The position numbers and the translations under genes were made by a program. This document shows, one piece after another, positions 44,587 to 56,075 of a stretch of DNA of 64,000 nt (its first letter is position 1; every line of letters starts with the position of its first letter). Source of the DNA: an uncultured bacterium. GTDB lineage: Bacteria > Electryoneota > Tariuqbacteria > Tariuqbacterales > Tariuqbacteraceae. The stretch is from positions 4,082-68,081 of the forward strand of contig CAYQZD010000004.1 in NCBI GenBank assembly GCA_964421875.1, in the 5' to 3' direction. The notes below the pieces were generated by a model. That model saw only the letters and a program-made list of their open reading frames with translations. It did not search any database and was not told the DNA's origin.

Positions 44587-47121
44587 CTACTTCACCAGCG
44601 CCATCTTCTTAACAGCGCTGAAGCCCTCCGTCTCAAGCTTATAAAAGTACACGCCGGAAGCCAGTTTCGAGCCGTCGAAAACAACACTGTGACGCCCAGC
44701 AGGTATCTCGCCGTCCACCAGCGCCGCCACCTCGCGGCCGGTGATGTCGAATACTGTCAGTAACGCTTTACCAGCCTTAGGCAGCGCGAAGCTGATTGAG
44801 GTGGTGGGATTGAAGGGATTGGGTGAGGCCGCTGTTAGAGAGTATTCCGCGGGCAATCCCGAAGAAACGGGGTCGAATGACCCCTCGCCGAACCAGCCTT
44901 CAACCTCCCAGCCCCGGTTGTGGGCAGACGCCGCATCGCCTATCAACTTTGCGAATGTGAAATTATCGGTGTCGATAATGACAGATGGATGAGTTCCGGC
45001 GTTACCCACATAAGTGTAGCTGCCGGGGGGAGCGTTGCCGGGCACGGTTTGCGATACAATCCGCATCACTGTCTGCCCGGGAGCGATGGGGATGCCGGTG
45101 CGCAGAATCAGGGGTCCGAAGGTTGAACCGTTAGGCAGAATCACTTCGGTCCAGCCGTCGAAGACCTGCGGGTCGTTGGAGTTGTTGAAAATTTCGGCGT
45201 CGAAAACGAAACTTCCGCCGCCGGAGGGTATCACAATCGGCGGATTGTGCGGGGTCAAAGTGACATTAAGAGGCGGACCGCCGCCGGGATGGTATATCCT
45301 CACTCCGGTCTGGTTAGCGGGAATCCATAAGCCCGCACCATTGAAGCAAAGCTCAAGACCCTGAGAACCGTCTTGATTCTCCACACCTACAGTGCATGAA
45401 GTGTAATCCTGTACGTTGTTGTACATAAACTCAATGGTGCCGTCCGCATATATAATTGCTTCGCAGGTTGCGGCGCCAATCGCGCTGTAGAATAGAACAT
45501 TTTCAAATTCGCAAATCCAGCGGTCGTTCTGAGTGTCGTTATAGACCCATATCGTCCCGCCCTGGCTGGGATTGAGGTCGTCCCAGAGCAGAGCCAGCAG
45601 GTTTTCGGGTTCACCCGGTGTCGGAATCATAGTATTGTTGTAGGCGGTCGAAGTGGAGGTAAAGGAGAGGAATCCGTTGGAACAGATTCTGATGTCGGTG
45701 AAATCCTCCGTGGGTCCGGCTCCGGGATAGAAGGGGAAGGAGAAACCCAGCGGATAAGGCCCGAGATTCTGGTCGTCGCCGGTGATGCCGGAGTTGGCTC
45801 CGATGGTGTTGATTTCCACCCAGTCATAGTTGACAGCTTCCCACAGATATACCGGGGGACCTGGGACAAACACAGGCGGCGCTTCAGCGATTTCTCCCAC
45901 GCCGGAAGCATTGTAATATGCTACGCCGTAAACGTAATTTCCCTGGTAGTTTGGATTGTCAGTGTAATTAGTGTTAGTGCCTGGTAAATCGGCGATTTCG
46001 CTGCCGTCACGGTAAACCTTCTGCCCGGTCCAGGAGCCTGCAGGCCAGTATCCGCCGTGCGCGCCGGCGGCTGGCGCGGTCCAGCCTATCACGCATTGCA
46101 AAGTATCAGGGTTGGTAGTGATGTTGGAGGGCGGTCCGGGAGTGTCGAGACCTATCCAGGCGGAAGCGTCAGCCGCAGGGCTGTCGCCGGAGTCGTTGAA
46201 AGCGATAATGTGATAATCGTACATACCCGTTGCAGGAACTGAATTGTCATCGTAGCTGGATTGCTGACCAATTTGAACATTGGTCATTGTGGTCAATGAA
46301 TCTTCACCGCGGAAAATTTTTACTCCGTCCAAGTCGGTCAGGGGCGCGCCTCCGAAGGTGGAATCGGGATTGGTCCAGGAAAGCGAAGCGCGGAGTTGGG
46401 CTTGATTGTGAGCGACAGTGAAGTTTTCCGGGGCTTGAGGCGCGTGGGGACTAGTAGGATTTCCGGTGACGATGACCTGGGGATAGGCGTACCAGTCGGT
46501 CCGGGTGTTGTTACAGGTAGGGCTGGGGGGATAACCGGCGATTGTGGCCGGATTGCCGGTGATGAGCGCGCCGAAAGATGCGGGGAAGGGAGGTCGAACT
46601 GTGTTACCGCAGGCATAACCGCAGGTGTTAAGCCAGGCGGTTCCGATGTAGTAATAAGATCCCGAATCGAGCTGCACATTCCGAACTCCGGAGGAACACC
46701 ATATCTGAGTGCCGGGACCTATGTTGTCGATGGTGACGGAATCGATAAGGTTATAGTTCCCCACCAATGCGGGACCCTGATAAACGATGAAGCACATCGG
46801 CATCGCCACCTGGGGACTGAGCTGCAAACGGTGCTCATATAGATTCACAGTGCTGTCAACCCGGAAAATGTTACCCCGGTCGCGGTTAGCGCCGGAATAA
46901 AGCCTTTCCCAGGAACCGAAGGTCTCTTCAACCAGCACATCGGTTCCTCCCTGGAACCATTGCCCCGGAGCCCCGTCTGTCACCGGGACGCCCTGAATCA
47001 AGTCGTCAGCGGTGATTTCTATGGCGGCTTTGGGCAGCCACGAATCCGCCCGGTCTGCCCCGGCGCAAGCTGCCGCCGTTATCAAAAGAACGGCTAAAGT
47101 CAAATACGATATGTTGCGCAT
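44587..47121 (-). CDS. large secreted T9SS cargo protein (844 aa) with FN3-like repeats and a conserved ~130-aa domain shared with CDS 56076-57914
   Basis: Signal peptide MRNISYLTLAVLLITAAACA. C-terminal T9SS sorting domain (ALLTVFDITGREVAALVDG...SGVYFYKLETEG...MALVK). Confidence 0.75.
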   Translation of the reverse strand: MRNISYLTLAVLLITAAACAGADRADSWLPKAAIEITADDLIQGVPVTDGAPGQWFQGGTDVLVEETFGSWERLYSGANRDRGNIFRVDSTVNLYEHRLQLSPQVAMPMCFIVYQGPALVGNYNLIDSVTIDNIGPGTQIWCSSGVRNVQLDSGSYYYIGTAWLNTCGYACGNTVRPPFPASFGALITGNPATIAGYPPSPTCNNTRTDWYAYPQVIVTGNPTSPHAPQAPENFTVAHNQAQLRASLSWTNPDSTFGGAPLTDLDGVKIFRGEDSLTTMTNVQIGQQSSYDDNSVPATGMYDYHIIAFNDSGDSPAADASAWIGLDTPGPPSNITTNPDTLQCVIGWTAPAAGAHGGYWPAGSWTGQKVYRDGSEIADLPGTNTNYTDNPNYQGNYVYGVAYYNASGVGEIAEAPPVFVPGPPVYLWEAVNYDWVEINTIGANSGITGDDQNLGPYPLGFSFPFYPGAGPTEDFTDIRICSNGFLSFTSTSTAYNNTMIPTPGEPENLLALLWDDLNPSQGGTIWVYNDTQNDRWICEFENVLFYSAIGAATCEAIIYADGTIEFMYNNVQDYTSCTVGVENQDGSQGLELCFNGAGLWIPANQTGVRIYHPGGGPPLNVTLTPHNPPIVIPSGGGSFVFDAEIFNNSNDPQVFDGWTEVILPNGSTFGPLILRTGIPIAPGQTVMRIVSQTVPGNAPPGSYTYVGNAGTHPSVIIDTDNFTFAKLIGDAASAHNRGWEVEGWFGEGSFDPVSSGLPAEYSLTAASPNPFNPTTSISFALPKAGKALLTVFDITGREVAALVDGEIPAGRHSVVFDGSKLASGVYFYKLETEGFSAVKKMALVK

Positions 47122-47356
47122 TTTACACCTCGAGTTATTTAGGATTACTGTATTTCAGTTGTTGGCGATTGCGAAATACAGGGCTTTATCGAGGCTCAAC
47201 ACAGTATCAAATGCACCCTATCGTTTATATAATACAAAGAGAGGTTCAAAGAGTCAAGCGATGATTCGATAATATATCATTCTTTTGATTTTTCGCGTGC
47301 TATCGAAAAACGCAGATTATTGCGTGAGGCGCGGGGGAATAAGATACCGCTGTTTT

Positions 47357-47392
47357 GAATATTAAAAACGCCGGCTCGGAAACGAGCCGACG
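47357..47392 (-). terminator. rho-independent terminator ending the AT-rich three-gene island (GCCGGCTCG-gaaa-CGAGCCGAC; minus strand followed by TTTTTAATATT)
   Basis: GC-rich hairpin whose minus-strand reading is followed by a T-run, 50 nt downstream of the gene 47444 stop. Confidence 0.6.
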
Positions 47393-47443
47393 GTGGTGTT
47401 TATATAACAAAACTATAGTATGATCAATTTCTAATAAACATAG

Positions 47444-47884
47444 TTAATTGCGTTCAATTATTTCTTTTTTCGCTAAAACAGCTAAAGCGCTTCTTATCAT
47501 CTTTTTAGTAGGCTTCTCTTCTTTAGCCAACAATAATAAATTTCCATGATAAATGTTACCTTCAATAGCTCTTCTTTCATAGCCAAATGTCTCCTTAAAT
47601 CCACCAAATTGCAGATCTAGTTCATTCCTTTTTATTTTGGTTAGTCCAGCGGGAAATCGTAATTCACCAATTTCGTTTTTCTGGCAAAGCGTAAAATCCA
47701 TAGCCTTATCATCATCCTCCCAATTTATAGAACATTCCTCAAAACCATCGTTTCTCTCTGTGGCTCGCGTGAATTGGAACGCATCTAAAAAAACGGTCTT
47801 CCCACTGCTCGTAAGCTTAATATGATTCTTTGAACTTATACCCCGAATTAACTTACCCGGAAGATTATCTTTGGTAGTACTCAT
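47444..47884 (-). CDS. hypothetical protein C of AT-rich island 2 (146 aa)
   Basis: ATG at 47884. Overlaps the upstream gene by 20 nt. No family recognised. Lys-rich. Confidence 0.5.
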   Translation of the reverse strand: MSTTKDNLPGKLIRGISSKNHIKLTSSGKTVFLDAFQFTRATERNDGFEECSINWEDDDKAMDFTLCQKNEIGELRFPAGLTKIKRNELDLQFGGFKETFGYERRAIEGNIYHGNLLLLAKEEKPTKKMIRSALAVLAKKEIIERN

Positions 47885-48458
47885 ATAGTAGAAAAAAGTT
47901 GATTATATTAATCAATAAGTTAGTATCAGTTTTATTGAAATATCCATTTATTTTCATATAACCTAAATTCTCGTTGGATACTAAATACCAACCTGATTTT
48001 TCAGTATCATCCTCAAAACAAAATCCAAATCTATAATCAGGGAATATCCATTCAATAGACACGGATTCTTCATCCTCTGATAAATGAAAATAACCAAGAC
48101 TCCTGACATCAATACCTTGATTAATTATGAATAATAAATCATTCTTTAAAGTTGACAAAAAGCTTATAGCCTGCTCAGAAAGTTTTTGATTATAAGATTT
48201 CCGTATTTCCTCAATTACTTCATTCAGTTGCGCCATCCTTTCAGGATAGGTATAGCAGATTATAGAGTTCCAAGAAGATTTTGCGAAACTTCCTCTTGTA
48301 TTCGCCTCAAGAATTGGGCTTTCATATCCCTTAAAATGCTGATATGGAAATGCATCTGCATCATCCCTATCACAGTGTTTTTCAAAGTTAAAATCTTTTT
48401 CCCAGAGTTGTGATGGAGTTGTTCCGGTATCTAATTTTTGTGCTACATTTAAGCTCAT
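47865..48458 (-). CDS. hypothetical protein B of AT-rich island 2 (197 aa)
   Basis: ATGA overlap with the upstream gene stop. Acidic, aromatic-rich. No family recognised. Confidence 0.5.
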   Translation of the reverse strand: MSLNVAQKLDTGTTPSQLWEKDFNFEKHCDRDDADAFPYQHFKGYESPILEANTRGSFAKSSWNSIICYTYPERMAQLNEVIEEIRKSYNQKLSEQAISFLSTLKNDLLFIINQGIDVRSLGYFHLSEDEESVSIEWIFPDYRFGFCFEDDTEKSGWYLVSNENLGYMKINGYFNKTDTNLLINIINFFLLYEYYQR

Positions 48459-49243
48459 ATTTCTTTTGGCTCCATAGCGTTGTGCAGTTCTTCAGTAATA
48501 CACCATCTTATTAAGCGAGATGCTTGTTTGTTGAAATAGTCAAGCTTTTCCATAATAAGTTCAATATTATTGTCAATTTCTTTACTAATATAGAAATCAC
48601 TATCGATAACAAAGCACTGCTCATTTTTGGGATTCGGAACAATACCTGTCTTTATTTTAACTGTACTACCATTATTTGAAAGACTCATTTTATAACTGGA
48701 TTCGAAGTTTTCTATCTCCATACCTATGTCAGATGAACTTAGAAAACCCAGTAAATACTCATTTAGTAATTCATTCCAATTACTGTTTTCTAAGCTAAGT
48801 TCGGAACGTTCGATTACATCTATATACCTAAGTCCTATTCGGGTAAAATAAGAAGGCGAATAAACCTGCTGTAATGCATTGACGACCTTTTCAAGTTTTT
48901 CTCTAAATATTTCCCATTTTTCATAGCTAATCGTGGATAATGCCACAAAAGTTCTCGTTAGATTGACTCTCCAAGAATCATCTTTTGATTTAAATGCATA
49001 GTTCTTATTTTTCTTAAGGTTTGAGAACATCTGTGGCGCGAATTCGACGAATTCAGACGGTATTTGCTCATTACTCGGTTCCTCACTTTCTTCGAAATTA
49101 GGAAACTCGACTCTTAACAATTCTTGAAAATCCGCAGGGATTTCAGAATCTATTTTCAATATCGGAGGAAATTTTAATTGACATACCACTAATTTTAAAG
49201 GATTATGACTATAGATAACCCTTTTTACATCGGGGAAAGGCAT
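48455..49243 (-). CDS. hypothetical protein A of AT-rich island 2 (~262 aa); recalls the uncharacterised sporadically-distributed TIGR04255-like family (memory-based, unverified)
   Basis: Preferred ATG at 49243 (MPFPDVKRVIYSHNPLKLVVCQLKFPPILKI) behind an AGGAAA RBS. The ORF table extends to a TTG at 49315. Confidence 0.5.
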   Translation of the reverse strand: MPFPDVKRVIYSHNPLKLVVCQLKFPPILKIDSEIPADFQELLRVEFPNFEESEEPSNEQIPSEFVEFAPQMFSNLKKNKNYAFKSKDDSWRVNLTRTFVALSTISYEKWEIFREKLEKVVNALQQVYSPSYFTRIGLRYIDVIERSELSLENSNWNELLNEYLLGFLSSSDIGMEIENFESSYKMSLSNNGSTVKIKTGIVPNPKNEQCFVIDSDFYISKEIDNNIELIMEKLDYFNKQASRLIRWCITEELHNAMEPKEI

Positions 49244-49390
49244 TTTAAGGTTTCCTAATATAAGGATATAGATGGGATTATAAACATAATGTTGAACATA
49301 CACTATATTAAACAAAAAGTCAAGTTTTAGGTTCCATATGTTCTACAGAAATATCAGTCACTTCGGAATGTTGAGATAAATATCACAATC

Positions 49391-51424
49391 CTACTCCCCC
49401 TCCCCCATATACTTATCGAACCAAGCGTGGTCCCATTTCATTTTCGCCAGGCGGTGCTTGTAGGTGGAAAGGCCGTGATGCGCGCCGGGGTAAATTATCA
49501 GTTCGCAGGGGACATCGAGATAATGATGGAGCGCTCGAAACAGCGCTTTGCTGTGAGAAGGGGGCACTCGGGGGTCGTCCCCGCCCACATGAATCAAAGT
49601 CGCGGTCTTAATACCCGGTTTCAAAGAATAAAGGGGTGAAGCGCTCCGGTACAGGTCCGGATTCTCCCAGGGCAAACCCTGCTGGAAGTTAATCACGTGC
49701 CCCGGCGTGTCCTCCTCGCCCCACTGCATCGCCATATCGATAATCCCCGCGCCGCTGGAGGCGACTTTGAAACGGTTGGTGGCAAGCAGGCAGTTGGTGA
49801 GGTACCCGCCGTTGCTCCAACCCATCACGCCCAGTCGTCCCGGATCGGCGATACCGCGTTCGATTAACGCGTCCACCCCAGTGAGTATATCCTTCACATC
49901 GTAGTCGTTTTCGTGCCCGACAAGGTCGGTCATAAACTTGTCGCCGTAGCCAGTGGAGCCGCGGTAATTGGGGGAAAACATCGCGTATCCTTTAGCCGCA
50001 AAAGCGGCGCGGCCGTAAATCCAGAAGAGGAAGCAGTATTTTTCCGAAGCGGTCGGTCCGCCGTGCAGATTAACCAGCAGAGGCAGCTTTTCACCGCCCT
50101 TGTAATCGGGGGGAAGTTCGAGGATGCCTTCCACCGTGTCGCCTTCGGCTCCCTGCCACTTGACAATGGAGATTTGGGGCAGTTTCCAGGCGTCATACTG
50201 GGGATTGACATTGGTGATGCGATTGAACTTTCCCCTGGAATTGTATAGCGCCAAATCGCGGTAATAGGTCATCTCACTCTGTATCGCGATGAGTCCGCCC
50301 TTCGTCCCTATAAAATCGAAACCGTCGATAACCACATCCCCCGGCGTGAGAGTTTTGCTGGCGCCGGTTTTACAGTCGATGGCGTAAATCAGCGTGCGCG
50401 CTTTATAGTCTCCGAGGAAACAAATCGTCTCCTTGCCGGGGAGCCATTTGAGCCCTCCCACCGCCGACGCTATCGGGGGCCTCTGCAGTCTGCGGATTTT
50501 AACATCTCCGCTCCTGCCGAATCCCGCGACCAGGATTTCCATCGGGTACCCGTCGAAGTCGACAGTGAACGCCAGCTTATTCCCGTCACTCGACCAGGCG
50601 AGGTTTCCCAACCAGCCGTAAGGGGAAGGGGCGTCCTCGCGCCACAGCTTATCCGGTAAAGTCTGCACTTCCCCGGTGGAAACGTCGAACACTTCCACCT
50701 CGGAGCCGCCTTCGTGTGAGATTAGTAACTCGTCCGGGTCGGTAATCATCGCCACCTTTTGCCCGTCCGGCGACACTTCGAAATATCGAATGAAGCGCTC
50801 CGAGGCGACAAGTTTGGTTTCGCGCCAGGTTGTGAGGTCAAGCTTCCAAAGCTCAGACGCTTGATAGATACCGCGGCCGAACTCGAGTTCATCTTTGTAT
50901 TCTGAGCGAAGTTCCTTCCACTCATCGATAACGCGGTCCTTGCTCTTAGTAAAGAAAATGGTGAAACCGTCATTTAACACCTGATAGTCGTCGATTCCAC
51001 CCGGAACTCGGGTTATCGGCTTAAGTTCGCTGCCGTCAGAGCGGATATTCCACACCTGGGATTTGCCGTCGAAAGGTGGATTTTTCTCGCCCTCGCGTTC
51101 GAAATGACCGACGAAGTAGATTGTCTTCCCATCCGGACTCCATTGCGGATTGTATTCATTACCCATATCGGAGGTCAATCTCAGGACAGCCTTGGTTTTG
51201 GTGTCCGCCATCCACAAATCGTAGTTGCGTCCGTCCTTCTGCTTGTCCCAGCGGTATTCGACATAGGCGGTATGTCTGCCGTCGGGGGAAGCGGCGCAAT
51301 CCATAATGAAAGCTTGAGTCAGGTAGTCCGCATAATCGATGTCGTGGTCCCGCTCCACGCTTTGACTGAAAGCGGCGGCGGCCAGAATAACAGTTAAAAG
51401 TACTAACCAGCGGAGGTTCTTCAT
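49391..51424 (-). CDS. S9 family serine peptidase with N-terminal TolB-like beta-propeller (secreted)
   Basis: 677 aa. Signal peptide. GWSNGGY nucleophile motif. HGGP and DDPRVP motifs of the prolyl oligopeptidase family. Confidence 0.85.
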   Translation of the reverse strand: MKNLRWLVLLTVILAAAAFSQSVERDHDIDYADYLTQAFIMDCAASPDGRHTAYVEYRWDKQKDGRNYDLWMADTKTKAVLRLTSDMGNEYNPQWSPDGKTIYFVGHFEREGEKNPPFDGKSQVWNIRSDGSELKPITRVPGGIDDYQVLNDGFTIFFTKSKDRVIDEWKELRSEYKDELEFGRGIYQASELWKLDLTTWRETKLVASERFIRYFEVSPDGQKVAMITDPDELLISHEGGSEVEVFDVSTGEVQTLPDKLWREDAPSPYGWLGNLAWSSDGNKLAFTVDFDGYPMEILVAGFGRSGDVKIRRLQRPPIASAVGGLKWLPGKETICFLGDYKARTLIYAIDCKTGASKTLTPGDVVIDGFDFIGTKGGLIAIQSEMTYYRDLALYNSRGKFNRITNVNPQYDAWKLPQISIVKWQGAEGDTVEGILELPPDYKGGEKLPLLVNLHGGPTASEKYCFLFWIYGRAAFAAKGYAMFSPNYRGSTGYGDKFMTDLVGHENDYDVKDILTGVDALIERGIADPGRLGVMGWSNGGYLTNCLLATNRFKVASSGAGIIDMAMQWGEEDTPGHVINFQQGLPWENPDLYRSASPLYSLKPGIKTATLIHVGGDDPRVPPSHSKALFRALHHYLDVPCELIIYPGAHHGLSTYKHRLAKMKWDHAWFDKYMGEGE

Positions 51425-51942
51425 TTATATCTCCTGATTAACAGATTTTAAGTAAAATTTAAATGTATTTTTACAAGTTAAGTCGAATTATTGACATTTT
51501 CAAATGTCATAAGGCTTTGGAGGTCGGAAGAATCATACTTATAATTTGAAAGAGCTGTTTCCCTGCTTGTTTTCATATCATAATCCGATTCAATGCTTTT
51601 ATAACTAGATTCCATAGCGCAAATAGACCGACACACTCCCTCAGCATCATCAAGCGCTACTACTTGTTCGAATGCTGGAATAATCAATAAAAAACTGTAC
51701 TGTGAATTTTTCTATTGCATATTCCCTTCTTTTCATTTATATTCAATGATATAAGTCTCAATTCTTTTTAATTCCTTGACACCTATTCCTCGCTTTACCC
51801 CGAATTCACCAAATACTCTGACTCAACGCAAATAGAATAGTATAAAATCGACAACAAAACTCCCGCAGAAATGTCGGATTTTTTTATTTATCCACATCAT
51901 ATTTTTTTCCCAGGGATAATCTCACATTGAGGAGGTTTATCT

Positions 51943-54900
51943 ATGCAAAAACCCCGTATACTAATTGTTTCAGATGTGCCTGGAATCTCAAAGGAAATCA
52001 GGAAATTCCTGGTGCAGATAGGATACGAAATCAGCGGGATCGCGAGTTCCGGTGAAGCTGCAATAAAACATACCGAGGAACACACCCCTGACATAATCCT
52101 CATCGACATTGAGATGAAAGGAGAAATTGACGGAATGGAAGCCGCCGAAAACCTCAAAAAAAATCTCAATGTCCCTATCATTTATTTGACCGATTACTCT
52201 GATAAAAACACTATCGAGAGAGCTAAAGCTTCACCGCCCAACGGATACATCCTAAAACCGTTCACCGTGAAGGAAATTGAGACTTCGATTGAAATAGCCC
52301 TGCAAAATCACAGTGTTGAACGGAAACTCCGCGAAAGCGAAGCGAACTACCGCAGGGTGGTGGAAAACGCCACAGAAGCCATTTTCATCACCGATAAGAA
52401 CGGCAATATTAAATACGCGAATCCCGCCGGCTTGAAAGTTTCATGCTATACTCTTGATGAGCTAAAAAAACTCAATTACCTGGATATCGCCTCGCCGGAA
52501 TATCGGAAACGCCTGCAATTTCATTATATGCGCCAGTTTTTAAAGTTAAAGCCCGTTAGTTATATCGAATATCCTTACATTAACAAAGAAGGTAAGACTC
52601 TGTGGTTAGCTCAAAACTCTACGTTACGGATGGAAGGTGATAAGGTAATAGGGTTTGAAATCGTTACTCGGGATATAACCGAGCGGAAAAACATGGAGGT
52701 GGCTTTAAGGTCAAGCGAGGAGAGATACCGGATAATCACAGAAAACACCAGTGATTTAATCGCAATCACTACTTTCGACAGGAAAGTGAAGTACTTATAT
52801 TTAAGTCCTTCTAACCTAAGATTGCTGGGGTATAAGCCTGAAGAATGGTTAGGAAAATCAGCCCTTGACGCCATTCATCCAGAAGACAAGAAAAGGCTGG
52901 CGCCGCTCTTAGGGAGATATATTAATATGAAAAAGAACATATTATTAAGCCGACGCATGAGCGAGATATTCGAGAATATTGAATACAGGATGAAAGACAA
53001 AACCGGAGAGTGGAGATGGCTACAAAGCACCGTCAACGTAATCGACGACAGGCTCCTTTTTGTGACAAAAGACATAACCGACCGTAAGCGGACGGAAAAG
53101 GAGCTTCAGGAATCGGAAAGGAAATACAAGACCATTGTCGAGGATTCTTCAATAGGTATTTATTACAACGACTTCTCAGGAAATTTTCTTTACGGAAATA
53201 AGAAGGCGGAGGAGTTGATTGGCTATAAACGGGAGGAATTAATCGGGAAGAATTTCTTGAAATTAAAATTACTTGACGCCACAGGAATTTCGAGGGCAAT
53301 CAAGCTTCTGGCTCTGAACAGAATCGGCAAACCGACAGGGCCCGATGAGTTTAGATTAGTCCGTAAGGATGGAACACAAATCACGGTAGAAATATCCACC
53401 AGAATGCTCACCATTAACCAGCAAAAAGTCGTTATGGGGATGGTGCAGGATATCACTGAACGCCTCCGTATGGAGAAAATGCAGTTGGTCTTATATCGTA
53501 TCGCGAATTCAGTGAACACGGCAAAGAATATGAATGAACTCTATAAAACAATCCATTCGCAGCTGGGAATAATCCTCAACACCACTAATTTTTACATCGC
53601 TCTTTATGATAAGGACACCGGTATTATTCAACTGCCCTATGTTGTTGATGAGAAAACCGAAATTATTCACTTCCCAGCTAAGAAAACGCTTACTTATCAT
53701 CTAATAAAGAATAATAAACCACTACTAGTGACGGAAAAAGAAATATCCGGGATGGTGGAAACAGGTGAGGTCGAGTTGGTCAGTTCCAGGCCGCAGGTAT
53801 GGCTGGGAGTGCCGCTTGAAGTGGAGGGCGAGGTTGTAGGCGCAGTAGTGCTTCAAAGTTATACCGACCCGCATCAATATACAAATAAAGACCTTGAACT
53901 CCTTAAATTTGTATCGAAGCAAATAGCTCTCGCTATTGAGCGGAAACGTTCGGAAGAAGCGATTCGAGACGCAGAAGAGAAATACCGTTCGCTGATAGAG
54001 AACTCCGACGATGCAGTCTATCTGCTGGTCGATGATAAATTCGAAGTCATAAACAAAAGATTCTCAGAGTTGTTCGGTCTGAAAATCGAGGAGATTCAAT
54101 CCCCCGATTTTGACTTTAGAAACTTAGTCGCGCCCGAAAGTATGGAAATAATCGAAGAGAGGGAACGGATTATCACCCAAGGAGAATCTCCCCCTTCCCA
54201 GTATGAATTCACCGTAGTCTCTAAAAAAGGTAAACGGATCGAAGTTCAAGCGTCGGTGACTTACGTCCCCTATAAAGGGAAGACCGCAACGCAGGGAATT
54301 ATCAGAGATTTAACCGAAAGAAAGAGACTGGAGGACCAATTGCGCCAGGCTCAAAAACAGGAAGCTATCGGCGCTCTGGCTGGTGGAATCGCCCATGACT
54401 TCAACAACCTGCTGGCGGGGATTATGGGCAGCGTGGAATTGGCTATGAAGAAACTGGGCCAAGGGCACACTATCAATGAACTGCTTGAGCGGGCCGCAAT
54501 AAGCGCAGAAAGGGCATCGGAACTGACAAGCCAGCTTCTGGCTTTCGGCAGCCAGCGAATGGAAAAGCCCCTGCCCTTGAATATCAACGAATGTATCGAT
54601 GAAGCATTCCAGTTATTGAGGCGCACTATCAGTCCCTTAGTGGAGATGAAGAGCGATAAGAATCCAAGCGTGCGCACGGTCAAAGGGGACGCCGGTCAGT
54701 TGAGTCAGGTCTTAATCAACCTGATACTGAACGCGCGTGACGCAATGCCCGAAGGCGGAGTTGTTTTGGTAAAAAGCGACAATGTTACTATCGACCAGGA
54801 CTATAGCGCCAACCACCCTGAAACGGAAGCGGGCGAATACATCTGCCTTTCAGTCTGCGATAACGGCGTTGGCATACCCTCCGATGTTCTACCCCACATC

Positions 54901-55476
54901 TTCGACCCGTTTTTTACCACCAAAGATATCGGTGAAGGCACAGGATTGGGGCTGGCGATGGTTTACGGGATAGTCAAGGGGCACGAAGGTTGGATAGATG
55001 TGGAGAGCGCAATGGGCCGGGGGACTACTTTCAAGCTTTATTTCCCGACGGTGGAGGAAAAACCTGCGCATCCGGTTGAACTAAAAGCGTCGGATATGGT
55101 GGGAGACAGCGAAACGATTCTCCTGGTTGACGACGAAGCTGTAGTGCGAGAGATGGGGAAATCGATTTTAGAAAGCTTCGGCTATAAAGTATTACTGGCC
55201 AATGATGGATTTGAAGCTATGCAGGTTTACGAGAAAATGATGGATAAAATCGAATTGGTGATTCTGGACCTGCTGATGCCTAAAAGGTCCGGTAAAGAAA
55301 TACTCAAGGAATTACTGATCACAAATCCGAATTTGAAGATAATTATTTCCAGCGGATATAGTCAGATTGGGGTAATCCAGAACTTGTTGGAAATCGGAGC
55401 CAGGGGATTCATTCCAAAACCTTATCACATCAATGAAATGCTGAGTTTAATCAGGAAAGTGTTAGAAGGAAAGTAA
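51943..55476 (+). CDS. hybrid sensor histidine kinase/response regulator (REC - multiple PAS - GAF - HisKA - HATPase_c - REC)
   Basis: 1177 aa. GGAGG RBS. N-terminal receiver (ILIVSDVPG...DIILIDIEM). Repeated PAS blocks (TERK/TDRK linkers). GAF-like region. H-box [14 protein letters not shown]. HATPase G-boxes. C-terminal receiver ([11 protein letters not shown]...ILDLLMP). Confidence 0.85.
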   Translation: MQKPRILIVSDVPGISKEIRKFLVQIGYEISGIASSGEAAIKHTEEHTPDIILIDIEMKGEIDGMEAAENLKKNLNVPIIYLTDYSDKNTIERAKASPPNGYILKPFTVKEIETSIEIALQNHSVERKLRESEANYRRVVENATEAIFITDKNGNIKYANPAGLKVSCYTLDELKKLNYLDIASPEYRKRLQFHYMRQFLKLKPVSYIEYPYINKEGKTLWLAQNSTLRMEGDKVIGFEIVTRDITERKNMEVALRSSEERYRIITENTSDLIAITTFDRKVKYLYLSPSNLRLLGYKPEEWLGKSALDAIHPEDKKRLAPLLGRYINMKKNILLSRRMSEIFENIEYRMKDKTGEWRWLQSTVNVIDDRLLFVTKDITDRKRTEKELQESERKYKTIVEDSSIGIYYNDFSGNFLYGNKKAEELIGYKREELIGKNFLKLKLLDATGISRAIKLLALNRIGKPTGPDEFRLVRKDGTQITVEISTRMLTINQQKVVMGMVQDITERLRMEKMQLVLYRIANSVNTAKNMNELYKTIHSQLGIILNTTNFYIALYDKDTGIIQLPYVVDEKTEIIHFPAKKTLTYHLIKNNKPLLVTEKEISGMVETGEVELVSSRPQVWLGVPLEVEGEVVGAVVLQSYTDPHQYTNKDLELLKFVSKQIALAIERKRSEEAIRDAEEKYRSLIENSDDAVYLLVDDKFEVINKRFSELFGLKIEEIQSPDFDFRNLVAPESMEIIEERERIITQGESPPSQYEFTVVSKKGKRIEVQASVTYVPYKGKTATQGIIRDLTERKRLEDQLRQAQKQEAIGALAGGIAHDFNNLLAGIMGSVELAMKKLGQGHTINELLERAAISAERASELTSQLLAFGSQRMEKPLPLNINECIDEAFQLLRRTISPLVEMKSDKNPSVRTVKGDAGQLSQVLINLILNARDAMPEGGVVLVKSDNVTIDQDYSANHPETEAGEYICLSVCDNGVGIPSDVLPHIFDPFFTTKDIGEGTGLGLAMVYGIVKGHEGWIDVESAMGRGTTFKLYFPTVEEKPAHPVELKASDMVGDSETILLVDDEAVVREMGKSILESFGYKVLLANDGFEAMQVYEKMMDKIELVILDLLMPKRSGKEILKELLITNPNLKIIISSGYSQIGVIQNLLEIGARGFIPKPYHINEMLSLIRKVLEGK

Positions 55477-55485
55477 AAATCCGGT

Positions 55486-55959
55486 TCAATCTGAATCCGG
55501 CTTAGCATTACGCAGGATTTCCAGGAGTTTCTTGCGGTTTGCCTGGGAGATTTCACGGCCGGAGAGGGCGATACCGGGGGTTTTTCGCGCCAAGGCTCTG
55601 AGTTCGGAGACTTTCAATGAGGACAAATTATACCGCGCTAACTTCGGAGTATCGGGACGCGCAGCTCTCTCTTTAAAGATAACCTCCGCTTCACACTCCT
55701 CGTGAGGGCGGGGGATGACGTGAGTCGATATCAGCTCGCCGGCTTTGTCCGCAGCGGCGGCTCCGGCGGAAACGGCGGATTTAACCGCACCAACTTCACC
55801 GGTAACCTTGACCAGCACCAATCCTCCGCTGGAAAGTTCGTATCCCCGAAGGATAACCTTGGCGGCTTTGACCATTGCGTCGGCGGCTTCCACCGCGCCC
55901 ACAAAGCCGCGGGTTTCTATCATACCCAGGGCTCGATTATGGGGAAGCGGTTCTTTCAT
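55486..55959 (-). CDS. bacterial microcompartment shell protein, BMC-H domain, with ~65-aa C-terminal extension
   Basis: [26 protein letters not shown] ... [24 protein letters not shown] ... THVIPRPH is a near-canonical PduA/EutM/CcmK fold sequence. The extension [38 protein letters not shown] resembles a Rho-N/SAP-like helix-extended-helix motif. Confidence 0.8.
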   Translation of the reverse strand: MKEPLPHNRALGMIETRGFVGAVEAADAMVKAAKVILRGYELSSGGLVLVKVTGEVGAVKSAVSAGAAAADKAGELISTHVIPRPHEECEAEVIFKERAARPDTPKLARYNLSSLKVSELRALARKTPGIALSGREISQANRKKLLEILRNAKPDSD

Positions 55960-56075
55960 CCAGAGAATGAAATATTTAGACTTACAATCAGCTTAAAGCT
56001 CTTCAACTCTTTTTTCCATATATCTATACAATGTATGAATTTGAAATCAAAATAACAAGTATAAGGTAATAAAAA

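Noticed and set aside
51478-51687. 69-aa ORF in the AT-rich intergenic region upstream of the hybrid kinase
   Set aside because: No RBS, low-complexity composition; more likely a promoter/leader region.
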